Shown here piece after piece: positions 29,905 through 43,255 of a DNA stretch of 64,000 bases (the stretch's first letter is position 1; every line of letters starts with the position of its first letter). A model generated the notes under the pieces. It made no database searches. It was not told where the DNA came from and saw only the letters and a program-made list of their open reading frames with translations. Position numbers and translations under genes: made by a program. This DNA comes from the human T2T-CHM13v2.0 reference genome, Homo sapiens, in NCBI RefSeq assembly GCF_009914755.1, contig NC_060931.1; one strand, written 5' to 3'.

Positions 29905-30891
29905 TGGCGATGCTGGCTCTTTTTTGGTTCCATATGAACTTTAAAGTAGTTTTTTCCAATTCTGTGAAGAAAGTCATTGGTAGCTGATGGGGATGGCATT
30001 GAATCTATAAATTACCTTGGGCAGTATGGCCAAGAAAAAAACAAACAACCCCATCAAAAAATGAGTGAAGGATATGAACAGACACTTCTCAAAAGAAGAC
30101 ATTTATGCAGCCAAAAGACACATGAGAAAATGCTCATCATCACTGGCCATCAGAAAAATGCAAATCAAAACCACAATGAGATACCATCTCACACCAGTTA
30201 GAATGGCGATCATTAAAAAGTCAGGAAACAACAGGTGCTGGATAGGATGTGGAGAAATAGGAACACTTTTACACTGTTGGTGGAACTGTAAACTAGTTCA
30301 ACCATTGTGGAAGTCAGTGTGGCGATTCCTCAGGGATCTAGAACTAGAAATACCATTTGACCCAGCAATCCCATTACTGGGTATACACCCAAAGGATTAT
30401 AAATCATGCTGCTATAAAGACACATGCACATGTATGTTTATTGCAGCACTATTCACAATAGCAAAGACTTGGAACAAATCCAAATGTCCAACAATGATAG
30501 ACTGGATTAAGAAAATGTGGCACATATACACCATGGAATACTATGCAGCCATAAAAAATGATGAGTTCGTGTCCTTTGTAGGGACATGGATGAAGCTGGA
30601 AACCATCATTCTCAGAAAACTATCGCAAGGACAAAAAACCAAACACTGCATGTTCTCACTCATAGGTGGGAATTGAACAATGAGAACACATGGACACAGG
30701 AAGGGGAACATCACACACCGGGGACTGTTGTGGGGTGGGGGGAGTGGGGAGGGATAGCATTAGGAGACATACCTAATGTTAAATGACAAGTTACTGGGTG
30801 CAGCACACCAACATGGCACATGTATACATATGTAACTAACCTGCACGTTGTGCACATGTACCCTAAAACTTAAAGTATAATTAAAAAAAAA
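29905..30891 (+). mobile_element. 5'-truncated, 5'-inverted L1PA3/4-like element
   Basis: 29905-30032 is antisense ORF2 sequence. 30031-30891 is the sense ORF2 C-terminus (…[13 protein letters not shown]…SLIGGN), 3'UTR and poly(A). Confidence 0.92.
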
Positions 30892-31076
30892 GAAATTGAC
30901 AAAGAAGTAAACAGCCAATAAACAAGAAAAAATACAAACAGTTAGTAATCAATGAAATGCAAATGAAAACAGCAATGATATACTATTATTTATCTATTAT
31001 ATTAGTTTCTGTAAAAGGTATTTGTCAAAGTTCTGGAAAACAAGCAATTTTGTGATCTTCGTTGGAGCCCTATTAT

Positions 31077-31313
31077 ACAGTCATTCACCACATTTCAGTC
31101 AACAATAGACTGACTGTGATCCTATGAGATTACAATGGAGCTGAAAAATTCCTATTACCTAGTGATGTCACAGTGCAATGAATTACTCTCATGCTTGTGG
31201 TGATGCTGGTGTAAGCAAACCTACTGCACTGCCAGTTGTATAAAAATATAGCACAGACAAGTATGTACAGTACGCAATACTTGATAATGATAATAAACGA
31301 CTGTTATTGGTTT
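31077..31313. mobile_element. Tigger3-like DNA transposon fragment
   Basis: tacagtca...ggagctgaaaaattcctattacctagtga...gatgctggtgtaagcaaacctactgcactgccag. Confidence 0.75.
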
Positions 31314-32406
31314 AAAAAAAAACAGAAGAGGAGAATTTTGTGATAAGGGTTTTTAGTAAATATGTTAAATAAGAAATTACTGGGGAAAATTACTCACCAC
31401 TTTCAGATCCAATTCTGGAAAGGTTGTATTATGTTCATTAACCCTTTTCTGGGTGTATGAGAAAACAGAAAGTTCAAAAACTCAGGTCCATTTGATCTTT
31501 AAGAATGTATTCAATTAAGAAATATCTATTCAGCAATTGCTATGGACTGGGAACTATACTAGGTACTAGTAAAAAAAAATATAAATGACATATAACCTCT
31601 GTCCTCAAGGAGCTCAAAATCTAGTAAAGAAGACAAGTAAACAGAAAATTACATTTAATGTGTAAAGAAATAAAGAAAGATATGGAGCAAAATCCTGTGA
31701 AAGTAAAGAATGTGCAAAGAGTGGGTTGTCCTTTGTTCTGGGGAAGCCAGGTGGGAGTGACATGCATACTGTTCTTTTAAAAGGAGTAGGTGTTTGAGTG
31801 ACAGAGAGGAGAATAAAGTGCATTTGAGGCAGGCTTAATGATATGAGAGAAAACAGCATCTTCAAGGAGCTTTGACTTCCTCACTTATGGTTCTAAATCA
31901 GAGTTTCCATTAGAGTTCTGATTGAAATGTAATCTGGGAAAAGACTTCAGAAAGGTCAGGAATCAAGGTGTCTTGGGACTGGCCGTCTTCCTCTCTGTGC
32001 TCCCCTACTCCCACCCCCATCACTCTTTTGTTTCTCCGGCTACTCTTTTGTCCTCTTCCCTCTTTTGACCAATCTCCTCTGAGTCCCTATTACGTGATAC
32101 ATCTGCATAGCCATAGACTCATCACGACTACCTTGTCCCAACTCATTCTAAACTTTCAGGTCAAATATCCACCAATGCCTTTGAGTTTCCCTTCAAATTC
32201 CTGAGGGAGAAATCTAATTGGTCCACCTTATAGTTTTCAGACATGTCCACGGAACATCATAAAGTTTCACATGGTAACCCTAACATATCATATCAACAAA
32301 GGAGACATAATGACCATTGAAAAAGTCACTATTTCACTTTTAATATCTAGGTATCTAGTTGAGTATTCTAGATTCATATTTTCAGAATGAGATGATCCAC
32401 AATTTC

Positions 32407-32552
32407 AGTGTTTTGCAACCCTGGATGCACATTACAACCACTCCTGGGAGTTTTTGAACACCCAGACAACATGCCCAGAAATTCTGATATAATTAATTGG
32501 TCTGGGGTGAGACTTCCCAGGTGACTGTAATGTGCAGACACATCAAGAACCA
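32407..32552. mobile_element. MER5-like MITE remnant
   Basis: cagaaattctgatataattaattggtctgggg...cccaggtgactgtaatgtgcag. Confidence 0.55.
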
Positions 32553-34365
32553 TGAAGACTATCTCTTAGTGTGTAACCTAAGAAGCGATGATCAGCTTCC
32601 CTGACACCAGTGACTAATGAAGTCCTTCCAGCTTTGGTCAACAGCATTCGCCATATAGCCAGAGAGTCTCTGACATCATACTCAGCTGATCCCCCTATAC
32701 CTTAGGTATATTTTGCCGGAAACAAATGGGAGCTTTTTTGAAGGAAAAATGTGTATTCCCTCCCTTCAGAAATGCAGGCATTCCAGTTTATAAAATAGGG
32801 GATGAACAAATGGAGAAGGTGGGATGCTGAATGATGGGCTAACTTCTCACTGGAATCTCTGAATTCTATTAACTGGTGGTGACAGTAGCTACATGGCTTA
32901 TGGAGTGATTCTGGTGTAGCTGACCTTGACAGATAGTATTCTCCTTCCCAGTGACCCCTACTGGGATTTCTATCTCTTTGGTTCAGAGCCAGTTCATTCA
33001 ATGCTCAGTGAGGGGCATCTTTTCACTTTATTTTGTTTTAGCTCCTAATGTGGTCAGAAGACTAGAGGGGCAGGTAGTCACCTCTTCATCTAGATCATCT
33101 GCCTGGCTGGAAAATTACTAGGAATGGGGGGTTATGTTTCACAGTGTGCCCCCTTCAAGAGTGAGGGTAGCCCAGTCCTGCCCAGGCTATTCCAGGACTA
33201 GCAATCACAAGGTTAACTTTCTGTCCCAAAGATCCATGTCCCTGAATCATCCAAAAACAACACTGTGAAACTAGCCCAATGTCATCAGTTATTTATCCCA
33301 AGATTTATTGGCATGGACCTGCAGCCGGATATTTATCCTCGGCTAGGACTTCTAAGGACAAGGTATGAGAATAAAGCAAAGCAGCAGACAAGCAGCTCTC
33401 AGAAGGCTCACATTCTGAGTACCCATATCTCAGAACTCCCAGATCCATGTGCAGAAAGACACTATCTTATATTAGAAACACCAATACACAGACATATACT
33501 CATGTATATCAGACTGTGGTCACCATTACCCAGCTTACATGTGAGTTCACACACACTTGTATACACACATAATTCCCCATCCCCTTCCCAATAGCTCATT
33601 ATCAATACTAACACGTATTTGTGTCAGAGCGGAAATAAATTCCCACTGCCTGAATCTGTGTTCACTTTCATGATGAACAACTAGACCTTTCTACTTCTCC
33701 TCTTCTTTCATTACCTTAGACATCACTCTAGAGATGACACACCAGGGATAAGGCACTTTTGCCCATGGAGAAGGAACTGTGCTTCTTTTGGAGGATGAGC
33801 TGGCCCTATGGCTTTTCTGTCTGCCTAGTGGGAAGCGGGTGCTCCCCATCTGAAGTAGAAGAGCCCAGAGGTGAATCTGCACAGTGAAGGCAGGAAGCAG
33901 GGCACAGACATTTTGACAATGAAGAAGCTTTTTCTCAAATTCTCATCCCTGCTACTATAGAAACATTAGCTAGCCTGGAGGGCTGAGAATGGTTAGCCAT
34001 TCCTTCTCACTCTTCTCTTTCATATTGCTCTACCTTCCAGAGGTCATCTCATCTCAGAGGTTGTGCCTCTGCCTCCAAGAACTGGTGGTCACCACAGTGA
34101 TGGCATGCACACTCTCCTGTTCTCTCACCCCTCTCTAAGGCCATGTATCATCAGTCATATGCCAATGCCTGGAGGCTACAGCTGGACCATTTCCAGGTTA
34201 ATTCCAATGTGAGGTTCTGTAGGACTTGAAAAATAACTTGAAATAACCTTCTGTTTTCCCCAGAGCCTACATAAGTTGTATAGTTTGGGTCAGGCCATGT
34301 CTCCTATTTTCTGTCTTCTACAACTGGTTACCTATAGTTTGTCCAGAGGTCTCAGCTAGAGGGAG

Positions 34366-34605
34366 AGAGAAAACATCCCATGCTCATAAATTGGGATAAT
34401 TAATATCATTAAAATAACCATATTGCCCAAAGCAATTTAAGGACCTAATGTAATCCTTATCAAAATACCAACATCATTTTTCACAGAATTAGAAAAAAAT
34501 CTTAAAATTCATGGAAAAAAATGAGCCCAAATCACCAAAGCAATCCTAAACATGAAGAACAAAGCTGGAGGTATGACATTTCCTGACCTCAAATTATATG
34601 ACAAG
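34366..34605 (+). mobile_element. Older L1 ORF2 fragment
   Basis: acatcccatgctc...aagaacaaagctggagg matches L1 ORF2. Confidence 0.7.
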
Positions 34606-37600
34606 GGAGTAAAAAATGTTGGGTAGGAGGAAGGACTAAATTGCAGCTCCCACTTGGATGGACAAAACAGCATGTGGAGACTCATACTGTGGACTTTTGC
34701 TCCAAGAACTACTGTAGGAATATATCAGGAAGGCCAAGAGAATACACAGACCCTTTGAAGGGAACAAATTGATCCTGCAGGACCCAGGAGACAGCCCAGA
34801 TTCTGTGAGTGTCCAAACTGTGAAAGTGGGAAAGGGGGATTGTCCACCCCAAACACATAACCTCACTGGGGAACCTGAAGGTCCCAATCATGGGAGAAGG
34901 ATTAGACCTTACCTGGATCTGAGACAATTTACAGAACTGAGTGAAATACAGGGATGGATGAAACAGCAGGAAAAGCCCTGTGGGCTCTCTGGGTCCCCAG
35001 GGAAGTCATTTCTGACTTGTTTCAAGTGGTCCTTGGGGAGGGCTGCCAGAGGAACTGGGAAAAGACCACAGGGAGAAAGAAACCTCCAGGTGAACTTTTT
35101 AACAATTCCAACTGAATGCAAAGTTTCCTGGCCAGACCTCGAGGAAGGGTGTGAATCTGGTATGCAGACTTAACAGGCAGGGAGGCATGAAAGCCCTACT
35201 TGCTTTCTCAGCCAGGAGGCTGGTAGCTTAGGGCAAGTTCTCAGCCCTACTCGCCCACTGACTGGAAACAAATTTGGCACTGTTGAGGGGGCATGGTGGG
35301 AGTGAGACTGGCCTTTTGGGTTGCATGAGAGCTGGGTGAGGCCTGTAACTGCCGCCTTTCCCCCACTTCCTGATAACCTGCATGACACAGCAGAGGCAGC
35401 CATAATCCTCCTGGAAACAACTCCATTGACCTGGGAAGCACATCCCATCCCCCACAGCAGCCAGAGCAAGCCCTGCCCAAGGTGAGTCTGAGCTCAGAAA
35501 CGCCTAATGCTGCTCCCACCTGATGGTCCTTCCCTACCCATCTTATTGGCTGAAGACAAAGTTTATATTCTCTTGGGAGTTCTAGGGCCCTGCCCACCAC
35601 CTGATCCTCCTCTATACTACCACAGCTGATGCTCTCTTGAAAGCATCACCTCCTGGCAGGAGGCACAAAACTAGTGCATTAAATAACTACAACTAAGGAT
35701 CCTTACAGATCCTGTCCATTTCACTCTCCTGCCACCTCCATTGGAGCAGGTGCTGGTATCCATGGCTGAGAGACCTAAAGATGGTTCACACCAGAGAATT
35801 CTGTGCAGACACTCCCCACACCACCACCACCCAGTATTAGCCTGGAGACTGTCAGCCCTGCTGGGTGGCTAGATCTAGAAGAGAAATAACAATCACTGCA
35901 GTTTGGCTCTCCAGAAACCATATCCCTAGGAAAAGGGAGAGAGTACTACATCAAGAGATCACCCCGTTGAACAAAATAATCTGAACAGCAGCCTTGACCC
36001 CCAGATCTTCCCTCTGACATAGCCTACTCAAATGAGAAGAAACCAGAAAGACAATTCTGGTAATATGACAAAACAAGATTCTTTAACATGCCCAAAAAAA
36101 ATCACACTAGCTCACCAGCAATGGATTCAACCCAAGAAGAAATCCCTGAATTGCCAGAAAAAGAATTTAGAAGGTCAATTATTAAGTTAATCAAGGAGGC
36201 ACCAGAGAAAGGTGAAGTCCAACTTTAGGAAATTAAAAAAAATGATACTAGACATGAGGGAGAAATCTTCAGTGAAACAGATTGCATAAATTAAAAACAA
36301 TCACAACTTCAGGAAATAAAGGACACACTTAGAGAAATGCAAAATGTACTGGAAAGTCTCAGCAATAGAATCAAACAAGCATAAGAAAGAACCTCAGAGC
36401 TCAGAGACAAGGTTTTTGAAATAACTCAATCCAACAAAGACAAAGAAAAAAGAATTTTAAAAAATACACAAAACCTCTAAGAAGTCTGGGATTATGTTAA
36501 ATGACAAAATGACCAAACCTAAGGATAATTGGCATTCCTGAGGAATAAGAGAAGTCTAAAAGTTTGGAAAACATATTTGGGGGAATAATAAAGGAAAACT
36601 TCCCCAGCCTTGCAAGAGATCTAGACATCTAAATACAAGAAGCTCAAAGAACACCTGGAAAATTTATCACAAAAAGATCATCACCTAGGCACATAGTCAT
36701 CAGGTTATATAAAGTCAAGACAAAGGAAATAATCTTAAAAGCTATGAGGCAAAAGCATCAGGTAACCTATAAAGGAAAACCTATCAAATTAACAGCAGAT
36801 TTCTCAGAAGAAACCCTACAAGTTAAAAGGGATTAGGGCTCTATCTTCAGCCTCCTTAAACAAAACAATCATCAGTCAAGAATTTTGTATCCAGTGAAAC
36901 TAAGCTTCATTAATGAAGGAAAGATACAGTCTTTTTGAGACAAACAAAAAGACTGAGAGAATTTGCCCCTACCATGCCAGCACCACAAGAACAGCTAAAG
37001 GAGCTCTAAATCTTGAAACAACTCCTGGAAACAAATCAAAACGGAACCCGTTTAAAGTATGAATCTCACATGACCTATAAAAAATAAGCAATTAAAAAAA
37101 AGGTATTCAGGAAACAAATAGCAAAATGAATGGAATAGTACCTCACATCTCAATACTAACATTGAATGTAAATGGCCTAAATGTTCCACTTAAAATATAC
37201 AGAATTGCAAAATGGATAAGAATTCAACAACCATCTGCTGCCTTCAAGAGACTCACCTAACACGTAAGGTCTCACATAAACTTAAGGTAAAAGGATGGAA
37301 AAAGACATTTCATGCAAATAGACACCAAAAGTGAGCAGGAGTAGCTATTCTTATATCAGACAAAACAAATTTTAAAGCAACAGCAGTTAAAAAAGATAAG
37401 GAGGGACATTACACAATGATAAAAGGCCTTGTCCAACCAGAAAATATCACAATCCTAAATATGTATGTGCCTAACACTGGAGCTCCCATATTTATAAAAC
37501 AATTACTACTAGACCTAAGAAATTAGAGAAAGCAACACAGTAATAGTGAGGAACTTCAATACTCCACTGACAGCACTAGACAAGCATCAAGACAGAGAGT

Positions 37601-37890
37601 AAACAAAAAAAAACAGTGGATTTAAACCATACCCTGGAACAAATGGACTTAACAGATATTTACAGAACATTCTACCCAACAACCACAGATTGTACATTCT
37701 ACTCATCAGTGCATGGAACTTTCTCCAAGATACACCCTATGATAGGCCACAAAACAAGTCTCAATAAATTTAAGAAAACTGAAATTATATCAAGTCCTTT
37801 CTCAGACTACAGTGGAAAGAAATTGGAAATTAACTCCAAAAGGAACCTTCAAAACCATGCAAATACATGGAAATTAAATAACCTGCTCCT

Positions 37891-38238
<348 letters not shown>

Positions 38239-40577
38239 TCAAATCAAGATGGAAATTAAAACATTCTTTGAACTGAATGATAATAGTGACACAACCTATC
38301 AAAACCTCTGAGATACAGCAAAAGTAGTGCTAAGAGGAAAGTTCATAGCCTTAAATGCCTACATCAAAAATTCTGAAGGAGCACAAATAGACAATCTAAG
38401 GTCACACCTCAAGGAACTAGAGAAACAATGACAAACCAAACCCAAACCCAGCAGATGAAATGAAATAACAAAGATCAGAGCAGAACTAAATGAAATGGAA
38501 ACAAACAAACAAACAAACAAAAGATAAATGAAACAAAAAGCTGGTTCTTTGAAAAGATAAATAAAATTAATAGATCATTAGCAAGATTAACCAAAAAAAG
38601 AAGAGAGAAAATCCAAATAATCTCATTAAGACATGAAATTACAAGTAGCACCACAGAAATACAAAAAAAAATAATTAAGGCTAATATGAACACATTTACA
38701 CACATAAACTAGAAAACCTAGAGGAGATGGACAAATTCCTGGAAAGATACAACCCTCCTACCTTGAATCAGGAAGAATTGGAAACCCTGAAAAGACCAAT
38801 AACAAGCAATGAGATTGAAATGGTAATAAAAAAAATTACCAACAAAAAAATGTCAAGGACCAGACAAATTCACAGCTGAATTCTATCACACATTCAAAGA
38901 AGAATTGGTACCAATCCTATTGACACTATTCCACAAGACAGAGAAAGAGGGAATTCCCCCTAAATCATTTGATGAAGCCAGTATCATCCTAATACCAGAA
39001 CCAGGAAAGGACACAACAAATAAAGAGAACTACAGACCAATTTCCCTGATGAAGATAGATGCTAAAATCCTTAACAAAATACTAGCTAACTGAATCCAAT
39101 AGCATATCAAAAAGATAATTCACCATGATCAAGTGGGTTTTATACCAGGAATGCAGGGAAGGTTTAACATATGCAAGTCAATAAATGTGATACACCACAT
39201 AAACAGAATTAAAAACAAAAAATCATGTGATCATCTCAATAGATGCAGAAAAAGCATTTGACAAAATCTAGCATCTCGTTGTAATTAAAACCCTTAGCAA
39301 AATTGGCATACAAGTGACATACTGCAATATAATAAAAGCTATCTATGACAAACCCATAGCCAACATAATAATACTGAACGGGGAAAAGTTGAAAGCATTC
39401 TCTCTGAGAACTGGAACAAGAAAAGGATGCCCACTCTCACCACTTCTATTCAACATGGTACTAGAAGTCCTAGCCAGAGCAATCAGACAGGGGAAAGAAA
39501 TAAAGAGCATCCAAATCAGTAAAGAGGAAGTCAAACTGTCACTGTTTGCTGATTATATGATTGTATACCTAGAAAACCCTAAACACTCTTCCAAAAAGCT
39601 CCTAGAATTCAGCAAGGTTTCAGGATACAAAATTAATGTACACAAATCAGTAGCTCTGCTATACACCAGCAGTGACCAAACTGAGAATCAAATCAAGAAC
39701 TCAACCCCTTTTACAATACCTGAAAAAAAATAAAGTAAAATACTTAGGAATATACCTAACCAAGGAGGTGAAAGAACTCTACAATGAAAACTTCAAAACA
39801 CTGCTGAAAGAAATCAGAGATGACACAAACAAAAGGAAACACATCCCATGCTCATGGATGGATAGAATCAGTATTGGGAAAATGACCATACTGCCAAAAG
39901 CGATCTACAAATTCATGCAATCCCCATCATAATACCACCGTCATTCTTCACAGAACTAGAAAAAACATTTTTAAAATTCATATGGAAACAAAAAAGAGCC
40001 CACATAGCCAAAGCAAGACTAAGCAAAACGAACAAATCTGGAGGCACCACATTACCTAACTTCAAACTATAAGGCCATAGTGACTGAAACAGCATGGTAC
40101 TGGTACAAAAATGGGCATATAGACCAGTGGAACAGAATAGAGAACCCAGAAATAAACCCAAATACTTACAGCCAACTGATCTTTGACAAAGCAAACAAAA
40201 ACATAAAGTGAGAAAGGACACCTTACTCAAAAAATGGTGCTGGGATAATTGGCTAGCCACATGTAGGAGAATGAAACTGGATCCTCTTCTCTCACCTTAT
40301 ACAAAAATCAACTCAAGGTGGATCAAGGACTTAAATCTAAGACTGAAACTATAAAAATTCTAGAAGATAACATTAGAAAAACCCTTGTAGACATTGGCTT
40401 AGGCAAGGGTTTCATGACCAAGAACCCAAAAGCAAATGCAACATAAACAGAGATAAATAGGTAGGACTTAATTAAACTAAAGAGTTTCATGTTTATAGCA
40501 GCACAATTCGCACAATTCGCAATTGCAAAAGTATGGAACCGGTCCAAATGCCTATCAATCAATGAGTGGATAAAGAA

Positions 40578-40583
40578 ATTGTG

Positions 40584-40633
<50 letters not shown>

Positions 40634-40675
40634 ATATATAATTGTGGTATATATATATAATATGTATATAATTGT

Positions 40676-40720
<45 letters not shown>
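40578..40720. repeat. Compound (TA)n/(TG)n microsatellite with triplicated attgtggt unit
   Basis: Direct reading of the sequence. Confidence 0.9.
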
Positions 40721-40723
<3 letters not shown>

Positions 40724-41201
40724 CTATTCAGCCATAAAAGGAATGAATTAATGGCATTGCAGCAACCTGGATGGAAGTGAAGACTATTATTCTAAGTGAA
40801 GTAATTTAGGAATGGAAAACCAAACATCATATGTTCTCCTAAGTGGGAGCTAAGCTGAGGATGCAAAGGCTTAAGAATGATACAGTGAATAAAATTTTTA
40901 TGATAATGATGATATAGTCGCTGACTACTCTTTTAATTAAAATAGTAATAATCTGGAGAGAGATGAAGAGGACAAGTGGAGCCCAAGAGAGTCAGATCCA
41001 CAGCTATTATAACATAAAGTGAATAGAAAACATCTATAATTGATAAATCAATTAACAGAAGTATAAGCTCTTCATTAAGAGGTGTGGAAATAATTATGAG
41101 GGAAGACAAAAGTGGTGTTCTCTGTGAAATAGGAACTATATATGTGAGACAGAGAAGGATGTGGGCTACTGTTTTTTAGTACAGGCCTTTCAGTACTGTT
41201 T

Positions 41202-41431
41202 GCTCACGGCAACCTCCACTTCCCAGGTTCAAGAGATTCTCCTGCCTCAGCCTCCTGAGTAGCTGGGATTACAGGCGCATGCCACCTAGCCCAGCTAATT
41301 TTTGTATTTTTAGTAGAGATGGGGTTTCACCATGTTGGTCAGATTGGTCTCAAATTCCTGACCTCAGGTGATCCGCCTGCCTCGGACTCCCAAAGTGCTG
41401 GGATTAGAGGTGTAAGCCACTGCACCCGGCC
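41202..41431 (-). mobile_element. Partial Alu (AluS) lacking its 3' end and tail
   Basis: Starts abruptly at gctcacggcaacctcc with no poly(T). Confidence 0.88.
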
Positions 41432-41979
41432 TATCAAGGGCATTTTAATAAGCATCAGTAACTGAGCTACCCATATTGAACTTGGGCAACTTATCCAATC
41501 TTTAGTTTCTAAGCACAGAGCCCGAGGTCAAGGAAAGGCAAGTACAGTAATTATATTTGACTCCTACAAACAATAGAGCTTAAAACAATAGTCCACAGTC
41601 AAATAACCACATCCAAAGACTGCCTGTTACTCACTTAGTATATTGGTCTGAGAAACCTGGTTTTACCTCATTTCAAACAGGAAACTGTTACAGAGCTCAG
41701 ATGGAATGTCCAGCAGCACATCATGGTATTGATTGTTGCACTGTAAGTGATCTGGGCTTGAGCCCAAATTAACTTCTTACAATATGGCTCCAATTTACCC
41801 TCCCAACATTTATCTCCCAACATTTTCATTCAGAAATCCTTTGTTCTAGCTACCCTATCTTTTCACTATATTCTATTTGCACTCTCATTTCTCTGTTTTC
41901 ACAATGCTTGATCACATCTTTAGCCATTTTCCCACCTAGATCTTTTCTGTTCTCTCCATTTTTCTGACTGCTGCCCATC

Positions 41980-42853
41980 TTTCAATACTGAACAAATCAG
42001 CTTCTTAGTGCATATCTGTGATATGCAAAACACTGTTAGGTGCTTCAAGAGTTAGTCTTCTAAGAGCTTTATGTTTTATTAGAACATGACACAAGTAGGC
42101 AAATAACTATAATGCAAGATAAAGTGAAAAAGATTCTATAAGAAAGGTTTACTCAAAATACTGAGGGTTCAAAATGTGTATTATAACATTAATTAGGAAG
42201 AATTAGAAAATAGTGCATGTAGAGAGAATTATATGAAATGCACCTCAAGGAAAGCATTTGCCTTTGACAGCTGGAAACACGCACTGTAGAAAGGCATTAT
42301 TTGGGGTTGAAAGTATGAACAAAGCTCTATCAGCAGAGCATCTTTAAGCCTCAATGAAAAGCCCACTGTGGCTAGGAGGTATAGTACATAAATAGGAAAG
42401 CAATAGGAGATGAGTCTGTAATTTCAAGTTGTCATGGTAGAAGGCCCTGAATCCCAGGTTGAGGAATTTTTACTCACTTCAATAGGCAGGAGAAGAACAT
42501 AAAGATTTTTTTTGAGGGAAGTGGTCCAATCAGAGTAACACTTTAGAAAGATTAATTTAACAGAAGTTTTTAAGATTATTTGAACTGAATGAAAGAAAAG
42601 GTACAAACTGCAGTTAGGAAGCTATTCTAGTAGTGTCAGTGACAAGTTTTGCAGGTGGCCAAGAAGGAAGTGAAAGAAAACTGAATAGGGAAGGAAGGAA
42701 GACTGCAAGGGACTTGGTGCTGATTGATCCGTGTCTCCATCTCTCTTGCACTATGCAAAGAAAAGGACTCTAGTTTGCATACCTAGTAGACTGGGGAAAT
42801 GCTGGTAGCAAAAGAGAAGAGATTGAGTAGAATATGTTTTGAATACACTGAGT
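41980..42853 (-). mobile_element. L2 LINE remnant
   Basis: gtagaaggccctgaatcccaggttgaggaatttttactc...ttagaaagattaattt...gttaggaagcta resembles antisense L2. Confidence 0.6.
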
Positions 42854-42954
42854 TAAAGTGTTAAAGAATGGTGCTAAGAGTAAAGTTCATAGCCCTAAAT
42901 GCCTACACCAAAAAGACTGAAAGAGCACAAATTGATATTCTAAGGTCACACCTT

Positions 42955-43255
<301 letters not shown>

